From IMG/VR virus record IMGVR_UViG_2757320370_000005: DNA of 64,000 bases. One strand, given 5' to 3'. The translations under genes and the position numbers were made by a program. The notes beneath the pieces were generated by a model that worked only from the letters and a program-made list of their open reading frames with translations, did no database searches and had not been told where the DNA came from. Shown here in pieces: positions 9,271-19,330 of the stretch. How positions within the stretch are numbered: the stretch's first letter is position 1; each line of letters begins with the position of its first letter. The DNA is from a virus. Lineage: Duplodnaviria; Caudoviricetes.

Positions 9271-10594
9271 GTTCCTTCACCTTCTCAGCGAGTTTATATT
9301 TATCATCATCTGTTAGATTTGTGAACCGACTGATCCCCGGCAGGAAAGCCATATCAAATGTACCTGTTCCAATCTTCCGGCCTTTGGCGACAATGATCTC
9401 TGCGAATCCTTTTTTAGGGCTTTCTGGGTAGTAGTAATCGTCACGGTAGATAAAAGTCACGATATCCGCGTCAGACTCAATATCTCCGGAGTCCCGCAGG
9501 TCCGACATCAGCGGGCGTTTATCAGGCCGTTGCTCACAGTTACGCCCTACCGCCGACAGGCAAACCACACAGACCTGCAACTCCCTACCCATACGCTTCA
9601 GGTACTTCGTGATGTACCCAATTCGTTCTTTTGTGCTGTCGAAATTCTTTTCCGTTTGGATAAACTGCAAGAAATCGATATGGATCACCCAACGTAAGCC
9701 GGGATTTTTCTTTTTCAGTAACTTCACCTGACGACGGATATACTCCACAGTCGCCCCTGGTAGATCGTCGATATATAAGTGCCTCCCTGCAATAATCTCC
9801 AAGGAATCGCCATACCGGAGCCAATCGTTATCGGACATTTGCCCCGAAGCAATACGGTCTTTCTTAATCCCGCCAATACACGATGCCAGTTGTTCTACAA
9901 TCTCCAGCCCGTTCATTTCCAACGAAAAGACAGCATCTCCCCATCCGGATTCTGTTACGGCTTTCACGTCGTTTACCATGTAAAGTGTTTTGCCCATTGA
10001 AGGGCGGCCTGCCAGTATCTCCAAATCACCAATTTGATGCCCTTTACTCAATTTGGTGAACTCTTCGCTTGCCGCCTTAGCCCCGGTGATCCCCCCGCTG
10101 TTGGCTCGCTTGGCAATAACCTTCTCATGCCCTTCCAGTAGCGTAGCCATGTGGACAGGGCCACTATTACCGTCTCCCTGTTGTAGTTCCTCTAACTGCT
10201 CCATCTTGGCCTTTAACTCGCCCAGATCACCGCCGCCCACCTTGGCGATCTGCACCCCTAACTCCGCTAGTTCCTGTTGCACGCGCTCCGTGCGCACCGC
10301 CCGCTGGTAGAAGTTGAAGCTATCTGTGCTCGGTACGGCATCCCGCAGCGTCATAAGCCTATTTAGCCCGCCGATCTGCTGCAGTCTGCCTCCCCATCTG
10401 GATGCAAGCACTACAGGGTCAAATGGGTTCGGGGCACCGTCTGAGTGCTCCTTGGCGAATTGCAGGACCTTAAACAGCAGCCGGTTGTTTTCTTCCTCCT
10501 CAGTGAAATCAACGGGAGCGAGAAAACAATCATCTATTAAAGAGTGATCTTTAAGTAGGGAGCCGAGCACCGCCCGTTCAGCATCAAGATTCAT
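9242..10594 (-). CDS. dnaB: Replicative DnaB-like helicase
   Basis: AGRPSMGKT Walker A, HIDFLQ, DLRDSGDIESDAD. Confidence 0.97.
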   Translation of the reverse strand: MNLDAERAVLGSLLKDHSLIDDCFLAPVDFTEEEENNRLLFKVLQFAKEHSDGAPNPFDPVVLASRWGGRLQQIGGLNRLMTLRDAVPSTDSFNFYQRAVRTERVQQELAELGVQIAKVGGGDLGELKAKMEQLEELQQGDGNSGPVHMATLLEGHEKVIAKRANSGGITGAKAASEEFTKLSKGHQIGDLEILAGRPSMGKTLYMVNDVKAVTESGWGDAVFSLEMNGLEIVEQLASCIGGIKKDRIASGQMSDNDWLRYGDSLEIIAGRHLYIDDLPGATVEYIRRQVKLLKKKNPGLRWVIHIDFLQFIQTEKNFDSTKERIGYITKYLKRMGRELQVCVVCLSAVGRNCEQRPDKRPLMSDLRDSGDIESDADIVTFIYRDDYYYPESPKKGFAEIIVAKGRKIGTGTFDMAFLPGISRFTNLTDDDKYKLAEKVKEHEQQKTHRR

Positions 10595-10970
10595 CCGGCT
10601 TCACCTTCGATCTGAAAATGGCGTCAATTCTTTTCTGTACGAAGTCCGGTGCAGGTCCGACTTCCTCCGTCTCGTGGTACTCCTGAAGCTCCAGCACTCT
10701 CGCCTGCTGCTCTTGCTTCTGGATTTGGTAGACGGTCAACTCAGTACCGCTATCTGTACAAGCTTGGTAAATTTCGCCGGGTGAAGGAGCAAAGTCTGTC
10801 TTCGTCCGGCAGAGCCTCCTTGTGGCTGCCATGGCCGTCTCTGTTGGAATGTCCTGAAGGATATCAGCCCAAACCCTTATAACGCCCTCCACCTCGTCCT
10901 CATCAATCCTGAAGCTCCGGTAAGCTGCCGACAGGTACTTGAGGAGTAACGTCACGCCGACTCGATCCAA
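10584..10970 (-). CDS. Helicase loader/inhibitor (G39P-like)
   Basis: Between initiator and helicase; WADILQDIP...FAPSPGEI motif. Confidence 0.75.
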   Translation of the reverse strand: MDRVGVTLLLKYLSAAYRSFRIDEDEVEGVIRVWADILQDIPTETAMAATRRLCRTKTDFAPSPGEIYQACTDSGTELTVYQIQKQEQQARVLELQEYHETEEVGPAPDFVQKRIDAIFRSKVKPDES

Positions 10971-11817
10971 TGCCCTCCACCTCCCTCTGTAATGCACGGT
11001 CCAACACGCTGCCTGTTTTCTTGGATTCTGGAACGGCAACCTGCAGCATGCCTTCCGGATCTACCACTCCATAGTCCACATAACGTTTTTGGTTTAAATA
11101 AGTGGCTGGGTATGGGATAAGCTTTTTATCCGTCTTTAGCAGCTTGCAGGTCTCAGCGAAGTTCTCTGTATTCTTGATGACTAAAGCGGGGTCGAACCCC
11201 TTCTCCTTACACAACTTTTCCCATGATGTCTTTGCCTTCACTGTCGCTATTCTTCTAGGGTAGATTTCATAGAATTTATCAAACAACGCTATGTTTTCTT
11301 TAAAGATTTTCTTTAAAAGATCTTTTTCTTTATATGGGGGAAGTATTGCTCCCCTCCTAGATGGTGTTTGAGGGGAAGTATTGCTCCCCTCAGAGGGGAA
11401 GTGTTGCTCCCCTCCCCCTTCATCATCATGAGGGGAAGTATCGCTCCCCTCATCACTAGTAAACAGGTCGATTTGTTCTTCCATGAGATCACCGCTTTTC
11501 GCTATAGTCCATTCGTCATAATTTTTATTAAAGGAAAGTCGCCGGGCAGTAGTTTTTGTCTCTCGCTTTGTAACAATTAGCACCCGGGACTTTACCAGGT
11601 GGGCGATCTCTTTTCTGACCGTCCTCCCTGATATGCCCGTTGTCTGTTGCAGAAAGGTGATCGAAAATTCATGATCCTTTCGGCTGTATCCGTAGGTGAG
11701 ACGCCATATCTTCAGTACAATTCGTAGTTGCGCGCCATTGAAGGTGTACTGACATATCTCATCTAAAATTTCATTTGCAATAGGCGCAAACCCGTTCTCC
11801 TTTTGGGGCTTTGCCAT
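10903..11817 (-). CDS. Phage replication initiator (lambda O-like N-terminus)
   Basis: ENGFAPIANEIL...LRIVLKIWRLTYG; C-domain FYEIYPR...IPYPATYLNQ; internal iterons. Confidence 0.9.
   Translation of the reverse strand: MAKPQKENGFAPIANEILDEICQYTFNGAQLRIVLKIWRLTYGYSRKDHEFSITFLQQTTGISGRTVRKEIAHLVKSRVLIVTKRETKTTARRLSFNKNYDEWTIAKSGDLMEEQIDLFTSDEGSDTSPHDDEGGGEQHFPSEGSNTSPQTPSRRGAILPPYKEKDLLKKIFKENIALFDKFYEIYPRRIATVKAKTSWEKLCKEKGFDPALVIKNTENFAETCKLLKTDKKLIPYPATYLNQKRYVDYGVVDPEGMLQVAVPESKKTGSVLDRALQREVEGIGSSRRDVTPQVPVGSLPELQD
11335..11451. repeat. Four ~22-bp quasi-palindromic iterons (GAGGGGAAGTATTGCTCCCCTC); probable phage ori
   Basis: Copies at ~11335, 11370, 11393 and 11430 inside the initiator gene, next to an AT-rich tract. 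Confidence 0.85.
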
Positions 11818-11835
11818 TACTTCACCTGCTTTGCT

Positions 11836-12648
11836 TTAAAAGGGAAGGTTGTCATCTCCGTGCTGCTGGAAGTGTTCAAAAATCTGATCGGTCAAACGCT
11901 CGGAATCACTTTTACCATCTGATGGAGGAGATGTGCCCATCCACTTCTTAATAATTCCTGTTATCTCAGACCGAAGTTCTGATGAAGCATCCTTTTCTGG
12001 CTCAGGGGTTACGGTGTATCCGTTGATCAGAGAAAGGAGCAAGGTGTCAGCATGGCTTCTGTCTTTGACTACCCAATCAACGTATTTCTTAATGACGCGA
12101 AGTTCCTCGTGGCAATCCTCAGCCTCTTCTGGCCTTTGTTGATGAACAAATATTCCCGCTGGAGAATAACCAGCTCCCTTCAACCATTCGAGTGCACTCG
12201 CCACTTCCCTCGGCAATTCGACTTTTTTGCCAGTGCGCTCAGATTTAATCTCTGTCTCCAGTTGCCATATGCGTCCCTTGTAAGCGTTGATCAGCGGTGC
12301 ATAGTCGACAGCATATTCGGGGTTCCGCAGTTTTTCATTTTCTTCTTGCAGACCCCCAATCTTGCGGGCATGCTCTTTTATCTGCCGTCCAGCTTCAGCG
12401 AGGGCTTCGATAATCTTGGTGTTCTGCCGCAGCACTTCTGCCTGCGGGGGCAACTCCCCCACAATCACATAACTGTCATAAGGAACAACTTGGCCCGAGT
12501 GGACGCCTTCAATGATCTGTGCACTACGGCAAGGGTTAGAAGCCTGCATAATCCCTAATCCTTTTTCATTCAGATAACGAGCTTTATAATTTCCTGCCGG
12601 AGCCTCTCCCGAACTTCTTCTGTTCAAAACCTTGATTTCGATTGGCAT
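11836..12648 (-). CDS. Hypothetical protein with coiled coil and DUF1642-like segment
   Basis: KVELPREVASALE...INGYTV pattern. Confidence 0.65.
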   Translation of the reverse strand: MPIEIKVLNRRSSGEAPAGNYKARYLNEKGLGIMQASNPCRSAQIIEGVHSGQVVPYDSYVIVGELPPQAEVLRQNTKIIEALAEAGRQIKEHARKIGGLQEENEKLRNPEYAVDYAPLINAYKGRIWQLETEIKSERTGKKVELPREVASALEWLKGAGYSPAGIFVHQQRPEEAEDCHEELRVIKKYVDWVVKDRSHADTLLLSLINGYTVTPEPEKDASSELRSEITGIIKKWMGTSPPSDGKSDSERLTDQIFEHFQQHGDDNLPF

Positions 12649-12658
12649 TTTATTCGCC

Positions 12659-12838
12659 TCATTTCTTGTATTTTCGTTTCCGCGCCTTCCGATCCACACC
12701 CTCTGTCAGCCCGTCATAGCAGCGAGGACATACCCGCGTGCGGCCAATATACTCCTCACGATCTGGGTTGATCTCGCTTCCGCAGACCTGACAGTCCAGC
12801 AATCGTAGGTGTATTTCAATTTGTGCCGTCTCACCCAT
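12659..12838 (-). CDS. Small zinc-ribbon protein
   Basis: CQVC...CPRC. Confidence 0.65.
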   Translation of the reverse strand: MGETAQIEIHLRLLDCQVCGSEINPDREEYIGRTRVCPRCYDGLTEGVDRKARKRKYKK

Positions 12839-13169
12839 GGGGCTCAGCTCCATTTAATTTTCCGTACAGGCGGATGATGAACTGCTCAAACCAGATCCGG
12901 CCTGCCACACAATTGTGTGCCCACTTGTGACAGGTCCGGCAGACTGTAGCGCCGTTATCCACTGTACCGGGGCCGCCTTGTGACTTGAACACTACATGAT
13001 GTGGGATTTCCTCCAAGTCTTTGTCAGCCCCGCAGTGGACGCACCGGTAACCATCCCGCTGGAATATGTCAACGATGGTCTCCTTGCTGAATTTTCCTCG
13101 AACGCCGCGCTTCTCTTTCCCACGGCTGAAGCTTGGCTTCGGCGCGGGGTGGAAGCCGAAGGCGCTCAT
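12831..13169 (-). CDS. HNH endonuclease
   Basis: CVHC...PHHVVFKSQGG...NGATVCRTCHKWAH. Confidence 0.9.
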   Translation of the reverse strand: MSAFGFHPAPKPSFSRGKEKRGVRGKFSKETIVDIFQRDGYRCVHCGADKDLEEIPHHVVFKSQGGPGTVDNGATVCRTCHKWAHNCVAGRIWFEQFIIRLYGKLNGAEPHG

Positions 13170-13987
13170 TAGTACAACGCCAGTTCTTTGTGATGTTTGA
13201 TCCGGGTTATTTTCTTTGTCTGCCTGCAGTAATCGCACTTTTCGCAACGGTTTGGCTCCACCGTCCCGGACTTGACTGCTTTGACCCGCTCAATATGATT
13301 GCCTACGATACGCAAATGTGCAGCGATATCATCGAAGTCAAAATATATGATTTCATGATCTGGCGGGTCCTGCTTGGTCACTACAACCATATGGGGCAGC
13401 AGCCAGTCTTCCTCTTTGCGGCCGGATACCCGGCGCTCCACCTCGGCATACACCGCCATCTGAATGATGTATCCGTAGTGGTCCAGGAAGTTCTCGTAAG
13501 CCTGAGCCTCGCGGTTCCAAAACTTGCCGTCCATCTCTTTCAAAGCCTTCAGATCGGCGAATATCTTGGCCTCTGGCTGGTAACTATCCAGCATGACCTT
13601 CCAAGGGATGCCGAACATTTCCACCGTCATGATGACTTCCTTCTGTCCAGACAATGCCTTCATGACCAGCGGATCGCCTTCCAGCACCTCAATCATTTTG
13701 TTGCAGTGCTGGAAATTGGATTTCAGTTGCCCAGAGGTTGGCCCCCTGCTGCTGTAAAGCTCAGGATTGTCTGCCTTGAATTCAGGCAGAGTACCCTCGT
13801 TCCATGCGTGGACATAGTGGCCTTCCATAAAAGCTGTGATTGAAGGCTGTACATATTCACCGCTGATTTTTGCCATGGCCTGAGCCTCACACCCCCCGTA
13901 GGAGGGCAGGAAGCCCTTGAACTGGCTGACGCTCATATAGTGGCGATTGGCTTCGAGGCTGAAGTAATTTGATTTATTCAGTTCCAT
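13169..13987 (-). CDS. PD-(D/E)XK exonuclease-like protein (DUF3799/RecE-like), RecT partner
   Basis: YMSVSQFK, KVMLD, ADLK, YIIQMAVY. Confidence 0.85.
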   Translation of the reverse strand: MELNKSNYFSLEANRHYMSVSQFKGFLPSYGGCEAQAMAKISGEYVQPSITAFMEGHYVHAWNEGTLPEFKADNPELYSSRGPTSGQLKSNFQHCNKMIEVLEGDPLVMKALSGQKEVIMTVEMFGIPWKVMLDSYQPEAKIFADLKALKEMDGKFWNREAQAYENFLDHYGYIIQMAVYAEVERRVSGRKEEDWLLPHMVVVTKQDPPDHEIIYFDFDDIAAHLRIVGNHIERVKAVKSGTVEPNRCEKCDYCRQTKKITRIKHHKELALY

Positions 13988-14762
13988 CGGCTGCGCCCTC
14001 CCCGACCGCTGTAAACTCCCCGTCGATCACAGTTGATTTAGGATTCAGCGGGCTTTCCTGAGCTGGCTTTTTATCTTTATTGAATTCAAAATCCCCACCG
14101 TCTTCGAAAGCTTGTTTAGCTTCAATGGTGTCGAAGTCCAGTTCAATATTTTTGCAGAGCCGGCGCAAAACTGTTTTCCTGTACATTTCGCTGGTTGTCA
14201 CGACCCAGGCTTTAGAAAACTGCCCCGTATCTTTAGATTTTTTAGAGAAGTTTTCCTTAATACTCTCGATTTCCTTGACGCTCATGGTGTCGTAGTTCAT
14301 TGAGCCATCTTCATACACCACTACGGCAAATGCCCCTAATACCTCGCCATCGTTGAAGGGCAAGGGTTTAAAGTTGATGCTCTGATTGCCGCCCTCAATG
14401 GTTTCTTCAAACTCATCACCTGCCCGCACTACCTTGGCATATATGTCTTTAATTCGTTTTATGCTGTATTTCTTAGCAAGCTTGACCTCGCCCTTATAGT
14501 CCGTCATGAATTCGACTTTGCCGCCATAAATGATTGCGTAGCATTCTTTATTAAAGAAGTCCAAACCGAGGAATGCACCTTTCAGCATGGTCCGTGCAAT
14601 GCTGACCGGATCAGCCTTTTCAATTCCATAAGTGTCTTGCAACACGGTCATGCAGTTTTGCAAGAACCGGGTTTTATTAAAACTGGAAGGCATAGCGTCT
14701 CTTTTAGAATCGATCAGTCTTTCCAGGTTGTTGTGAATCGTCGCTAATTGAGTGTTTGACAT
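13974..14762 (-). CDS. recT: RecT-family single-strand annealing protein
   Basis: GLDFFNKECYAIIY, YKGEVKLA, MYRKTVLRRLCK. Confidence 0.92.
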   Translation of the reverse strand: MSNTQLATIHNNLERLIDSKRDAMPSSFNKTRFLQNCMTVLQDTYGIEKADPVSIARTMLKGAFLGLDFFNKECYAIIYGGKVEFMTDYKGEVKLAKKYSIKRIKDIYAKVVRAGDEFEETIEGGNQSINFKPLPFNDGEVLGAFAVVVYEDGSMNYDTMSVKEIESIKENFSKKSKDTGQFSKAWVVTTSEMYRKTVLRRLCKNIELDFDTIEAKQAFEDGGDFEFNKDKKPAQESPLNPKSTVIDGEFTAVGEGAADGTE

Positions 14763-14765
14763 TCC

Positions 14766-16397
14766 TTATCCCTCCACGGTTTCGATATTCAGGTCTTTGC
14801 CCTCTACGGTAGAGAGCAGGAAGTATTGGTAATCATCGTGCTGTGCGGCCTCCAGGATAGCCTGCTGCTTGCTGCCAAGGTTCTGCCATCCGTCCAAGCA
14901 GATTACTTTCAACTCTCCGGCTTGAGCCTTGGCAAGCTTAAAGGCGAATTCGAAGGACTCCCCTTCACTCAATCCGTCCAGCAGTGTTCCGTCAATACGA
15001 ATACGCCCCTTGTCGTCTACCGTTAACCCATCCACCGGCAGAGCGGCGGTCTTAAGCAGTTCTTTCGGCAGCTCGCGGGCCTTCTCGATCTTGGCTGTCA
15101 GATCAGCAGCCCGCGCTTCTTTCGGAGACAACTTCTCCCGGATGATGTCGTTCATCCGTTCCCATTCCCGAAGGTACTCTTTCATCTCAGCTGCTTTGTG
15201 AGCAGCAGCCTGCAACGGCTCAGGTTCTATCCATTCAACGTCTGCGATCACCTGCTCTGCATCGCCGGACTTCGCTTTCTCAGCCGCGATCAGATTGGCC
15301 TCATGATCTGCGATCTTCTCCATATCCTTGCGCTCATGCTCGGCGATATTATTCAGCGATAAGGTCTTTTCCGCAATCAGTTGACGGTGCTCACTGACAT
15401 ATCCCTTGTTCAGTTCTACCTCGCGCTGGACATCTTCCCGGACATTAATCTTCTTCTGTTGGTACTGCAGCTTCAGCCGTTCGATAGCTTGCTCCAGTTC
15501 GTTGTCCAGTTGCAGGGAAGACTCAGTTATCCGGCGGTCGCCATCGTCAATAATCTTCTGATCCTGCTCCACACGATCCTCCAGCCGCTTGATTCCGTCT
15601 GTCAGCGCGTCGCGCTGTCTCCGGTAATCTAGGTTCTTTTCTTCTGTCTTATTGGCAGAGCGCCGCTTGATGTCGTCGATACGCAGTGTCAGCCCATCGA
15701 TCAAAGACTTGGCCTCTTCCAGCTTCTTGTTGGACTCCTGAGCCTCGGACAGCCTGCGGTACAGCTGCTGCAGATCAACCCCGCGCCACTCTTCTCCGTC
15801 ATAGTTCGGTGGCAGGTCGCGCTTGATCCCTTCAATGTTTGCCCGCAGCAGGTTGACTTCGCGGTTAATGCTTGAGCGCTCCTCGAAATAGGCCGATTCG
15901 ATCTGCTTCAAAATCTGCAGGATATGCAACTGGTAATCTGCCTCTGGCATCTCTCCGAACCAAGCCTTAATGCTCTCGATCGTCCAATCAATCTGCAGCA
16001 TGTTCAGGATGATTTCCGTCTGCTCCTTGGCATCCTTTTGCATAAATTCGATAGGGCGGAAGATCTCTCCATTGATCAGTTTGCGAATGAAGCCTTCCGT
16101 GCTGTTCACAGCCTTGCTGTCGTGCTTAACTCTGAAATAGTCAGCCTTTTCAGATCGCACTTTACGGGTGATCTGCAGACCGTCCGTCAGCTCGACGAAC
16201 AACTCTGCCTCTTTCCGCCCATGGCTAATGACCTCGGTTCGCCGGCTGTTATTGGTCAGCGCCTTTTCCAGTGCCTCAATCAGACTTGTCTTTCCTGCAC
16301 CGGAGTCGCCGTCTACTTTATTAATCTTGCCGGGGGAAACAACCAGCTCTTTGATCCCCAACCAATCCTTGATTTCAATCCGCTTGATATGAAGCAT
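14766..16397 (-). CDS. SMC/SbcC-like AAA ATPase with long coiled coil
   Basis: GDSGAGKTS Walker A, LSEGE signature, ICLDG Walker B. Confidence 0.88.
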   Translation of the reverse strand: MLHIKRIEIKDWLGIKELVVSPGKINKVDGDSGAGKTSLIEALEKALTNNSRRTEVISHGRKEAELFVELTDGLQITRKVRSEKADYFRVKHDSKAVNSTEGFIRKLINGEIFRPIEFMQKDAKEQTEIILNMLQIDWTIESIKAWFGEMPEADYQLHILQILKQIESAYFEERSSINREVNLLRANIEGIKRDLPPNYDGEEWRGVDLQQLYRRLSEAQESNKKLEEAKSLIDGLTLRIDDIKRRSANKTEEKNLDYRRQRDALTDGIKRLEDRVEQDQKIIDDGDRRITESSLQLDNELEQAIERLKLQYQQKKINVREDVQREVELNKGYVSEHRQLIAEKTLSLNNIAEHERKDMEKIADHEANLIAAEKAKSGDAEQVIADVEWIEPEPLQAAAHKAAEMKEYLREWERMNDIIREKLSPKEARAADLTAKIEKARELPKELLKTAALPVDGLTVDDKGRIRIDGTLLDGLSEGESFEFAFKLAKAQAGELKVICLDGWQNLGSKQQAILEAAQHDDYQYFLLSTVEGKDLNIETVEG

Positions 16398-16453
16398 CTT
16401 TACAGCCTCCTAATATTTGTGTTAAAGTGAACGTGAATTTTTGAAAAAGCGAT

Positions 16454-16645
16454 TTATGAACGTCCCTGGTTGCACCCGGGGGCGTTTTTCGTGTCCGGCA
16501 GTTCCTTTTCCCAAGGGTCCAGCGTGCGGACCTTAACTCCTAGCGGCACCTCTACAGCCTTAAGCATGCAGAGCAGGCATAAGGGTCGAGCATCGTCATA
16601 CACCGCATAATCAGCGATGTTGCCGCAACTGCAGGTCTGGATCAT
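16454..16645 (-). CDS. Small Cys-rich hypothetical protein
   Basis: CxC...CxxC; RBS present. Confidence 0.6.
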   Translation of the reverse strand: MIQTCSCGNIADYAVYDDARPLCLLCMLKAVEVPLGVKVRTLDPWEKELPDTKNAPGCNQGRS

Positions 16646-16659
16646 GCTAGGCCTCCCTT

Positions 16660-16932
16660 CTATTGATAGTTGTAGAATCTCGGCCGCGCCTTCCGTGTAG
16701 CCTTCGCCAGCAGCTTGCGGCCAGTACGGTTAAGGATGCCGCCGTATTCCTTTTGGATGGCTGTGGCGACCACCGAGAGGCCGAGTTGGCCGGGAACATA
16801 AGGCGTCTTGTCTGATGCTTCGTGTTTGAATTGGCGGCGGGATTTGGCGATAGCGAAGTCTTGAGCGCGTTGGGACTGTACTGCTGCAATAAAGGCATTG
16901 CGTTTGTTGGTGATACGGAATTTTGTTATCAT
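16660..16932 (-). CDS. Basic hypothetical protein
   Basis: GGAGG RBS. Confidence 0.65.
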   Translation of the reverse strand: MITKFRITNKRNAFIAAVQSQRAQDFAIAKSRRQFKHEASDKTPYVPGQLGLSVVATAIQKEYGGILNRTGRKLLAKATRKARPRFYNYQ

Positions 16933-16953
16933 GAATGATTCCTCCGATATGGT

Positions 16954-17166
16954 TTATTTGTAGTTGCCGCCATTGAGGCCGCCTGTAACGCCTTGAATAG
17001 AAACGATGTGGAGCGCCTGTGGCTCTGAGAATCCCGCTTTAACCAGTTCATCGAAGTAAGCTTTGTGCGCCTTCGCCACCGTTACATAAGCACCGAGCAG
17101 TGCCGGTAAAGCCTTCATCAACGAATCATTAGCCAATTCAAATTCCATTCTTTCATGTGGTTCCAA
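16954..17166 (-). CDS. Hypothetical protein
   Basis: RBS; operon context. Confidence 0.65.
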   Translation of the reverse strand: MEPHERMEFELANDSLMKALPALLGAYVTVAKAHKAYFDELVKAGFSEPQALHIVSIQGVTGGLNGGNYK

Positions 17167-17180
17167 GATGAGTACCCCCT

Positions 17181-17465
17181 TTATAGAGCAGCTAGTTCTT
17201 CCTCAAGCAGTTGGATTTCTTGCTCGATTAATTTCTGTGCTGCTTGGATAATCCCGTTTACAATTGCAGGAAATGTTTCATCCGTTTTCCCGTTACTGCG
17301 ATTTTTCGCAATCAGAGATTGGAGATTTCCGTACATGTCTTGAAACTTGATTGAATCAGCGAACTGTATGTTTTTAAGGTCCTTTTTCAAAAGATCAATT
17401 TTCGCAACAATAGCAAGACCTTTATTAGCCCGATCTACATAATGTTGCAGCGTAATTTTATCCAT
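17181..17465 (-). CDS. Hypothetical protein
   Basis: GAGG RBS. Confidence 0.7.
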   Translation of the reverse strand: MDKITLQHYVDRANKGLAIVAKIDLLKKDLKNIQFADSIKFQDMYGNLQSLIAKNRSNGKTDETFPAIVNGIIQAAQKLIEQEIQLLEEELAAL

Positions 17466-17539
17466 CGTTTTGCCTCGCTTTCTGCTGTTTTAGGGCTCAA
17501 AACCCCGATTTTGGCAAAAAAATAATAGGCTATGCGATT

Positions 17540-17731
17540 TTACACGCGCGGAGGCCAGTTCCATTGGCCGGGCTGATTGCCCTGTTCCACGTTCTGCAGA
17601 AATATAATTTGACCGTCTGCGTAGAATACTTGCAGGTCGGTTTCCTGCGCACCTCTCACACCCACTACCAACGCTGCCGCCGGTCCGTGGTAACTATTCA
17701 AGTGGACGATACGTCCGATACTTGGATTCAT
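17540..17731 (-). CDS. Small beta-barrel-like hypothetical protein (MNPSIGRIVH...WNWPPRV)
   Basis: GGAGGTG RBS before ATG 17731. Confidence 0.75.
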   Translation of the reverse strand: MNPSIGRIVHLNSYHGPAAALVVGVRGAQETDLQVFYADGQIIFLQNVEQGNQPGQWNWPPRV

Positions 17732-17738
17732 TTTTTGT

Positions 17739-18017
17739 TCACCTCCCTTCACGCTTTCTGGTGGCTCTCCTATCCTTTGCGTTCGCGGAATCGCTAGGAT
17801 ATCCAATGTTCAAACGCTGGCCTGTCACATGGCCCTCCAGGTTCTTTTTGGCGGCCGTGGTATCATATCCGACACCAGTAGGCTTACCGTATCGCCCGAA
17901 CAGTTCCTTGCGCTCCATGTCGTGAGCTGTGCGACAATGCAGATTAGTTATGACATCGCCTGTATGCCCGCAATTAGGGTAAGGGCATTTGACTGTGCTA
18001 CGGATAATGATTGTCAT
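17739..18017 (-). CDS. Zinc-finger-like protein
   Basis: CPYPNC...HCRTAH. Confidence 0.65.
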   Translation of the reverse strand: MTIIIRSTVKCPYPNCGHTGDVITNLHCRTAHDMERKELFGRYGKPTGVGYDTTAAKKNLEGHVTGQRLNIGYPSDSANAKDRRATRKREGR

Positions 18018-18292
18018 GACTCGCCACCGTCATTAATGCCATGTTCGCGCCGGAAGGTTAGGACTTCATCTTCTGTAACGTGTCCGGCTTTGATCATGAG
18101 TCCGAGGTGGGTAACGCCGAATGCCGCCGCAAGCTTTCGAACCACATCAGGGGAAACAACACACTTTTTGCCGTTTTCAAGTTGCGAGAGGTATGGGTGC
18201 GAAACACCCGAAGCATCTTTCACGTCTTGGAGAGTCATACCCTTTGCATTCCTGAGCTGCCGCAGATATTCACCGAATGGCTGAGTGCTCAT
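18014..18292 (-). CDS. XRE-family HTH regulator
   Basis: LRNAKGMTLQDV...VSHPYLSQLENG. Confidence 0.9.
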   Translation of the reverse strand: MSTQPFGEYLRQLRNAKGMTLQDVKDASGVSHPYLSQLENGKKCVVSPDVVRKLAAAFGVTHLGLMIKAGHVTEDEVLTFRREHGINDGGES

Positions 18293-18890
18293 GTTCGTCT
18301 CCCTCCATTTCAGCAATTTCCTTATCCAGCCACCCGACAGCAGCTTCCGGTTCATCCACTACCACCCTGCCGTTAATGATGGCCTGACGGTCAAGCATTA
18401 GCCGAAGTTTATGGGCATAGGGTTCAAACTCCAGATCTTGTGGTTCAACCTGTTGGTTTATCCGCAAACCGCCAACTGCTTCACCGCCATATCCCAATCC
18501 CGGGTAAGTTGCTCCCGGCTGCTGTTGTACATGTGCTCCCACTTGATAGCCATCTTGATATGACCAGACTTGCGAGCGCTGTTCGCCAATTGCTTGTAAA
18601 GCAACATGTACTCCTTCAATTGCTGCTCCGATATCTTCCGTACAACACGTTTCATAAAGTGCTGCCTCCATTTCGTCTATTAATTCGCAGAAGTGCTGAA
18701 CCAGGTCCATGTTCCCGGCGCACTGTGCTGCATACGCTGCTTCCTTCAAACCGTCTATGTCCCGGACCAAATCGGCGTTCAGCTTCAGAAAGTGAAGCAA
18801 CTCTGCGGCCTGTATATCCTTAAGCGTTCCGGCCATGTACTGCAGGTACAGTTCTGCTAACCGGCGGTGTGTTGGGTGAATGGTGATCAT
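18270..18890 (-). CDS. Hypothetical protein, possibly a read-through fusion of two small genes
   Basis: 206-codon ORF fully containing a second same-strand ORF. Confidence 0.5.
   Translation of the reverse strand: MITIHPTHRRLAELYLQYMAGTLKDIQAAELLHFLKLNADLVRDIDGLKEAAYAAQCAGNMDLVQHFCELIDEMEAALYETCCTEDIGAAIEGVHVALQAIGEQRSQVWSYQDGYQVGAHVQQQPGATYPGLGYGGEAVGGLRINQQVEPQDLEFEPYAHKLRLMLDRQAIINGRVVVDEPEAAVGWLDKEIAEMEGDEHEHSAIR
18458..18655 (-). CDS. 65-aa helical protein nested in another frame
   Basis: GGAGG RBS 8 nt upstream; amphipathic helical sequence. Confidence 0.6.
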   Translation of the reverse strand: MKRVVRKISEQQLKEYMLLYKQLANSARKSGHIKMAIKWEHMYNSSREQLTRDWDMAVKQLAVCG

Positions 18891-19330
18891 TCGGCTTCTT
18901 CCTCCCTACTGCCGTCAAAGTCGAAGTCAGAGAAGTTGAACAAGTCTGCCTGATCCGCCACCTGATTCAATCGCTCCTGAACTTTCTGTATGAGTTTATC
19001 CGAGCCGTCACGCCGTTTAACCATTCCCTGCATTTGCTTGTTAAGGATTAAAGGATCCATGCAGCTATTGATGACTTGATACACCATTCGGCGAGTCTCG
19101 TTATCCGCTGAAGCGTCGTATGAGGCAATCTGCCGTAGACCTTCTCCATCTCGGAAACTGCCAATTATTTGCCGCGCTTTATCTTTCCATGCTTGCTCAG
19201 TGATTTTCGCAATATCAAGTTCAATCAGCTTCTTTATGAAGTCCACCATTTCATCCAATGTGAACGGTCCGCTCATAAACCGTTTGATTAGTTCAAGCCG
19301 TTCATCTTTATTCAGATTAAATTTACTCAC
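18887..19330 (-). CDS. Hypothetical partner of the ParB-like protein
   Basis: Overlaps the ParB-like stop. Confidence 0.75.
   Translation of the reverse strand: MSKFNLNKDERLELIKRFMSGPFTLDEMVDFIKKLIELDIAKITEQAWKDKARQIIGSFRDGEGLRQIASYDASADNETRRMVYQVINSCMDPLILNKQMQGMVKRRDGSDKLIQKVQERLNQVADQADLFNFSDFDFDGSREEEAE

Noticed and set aside
16372-16381. ATTTCAATCC, identical to the reverse complement of a I-C repeat 3' end
   Set aside because: It encodes RIEI in the AAA ATPase, has no adjacent stem and matches over only 10 nt
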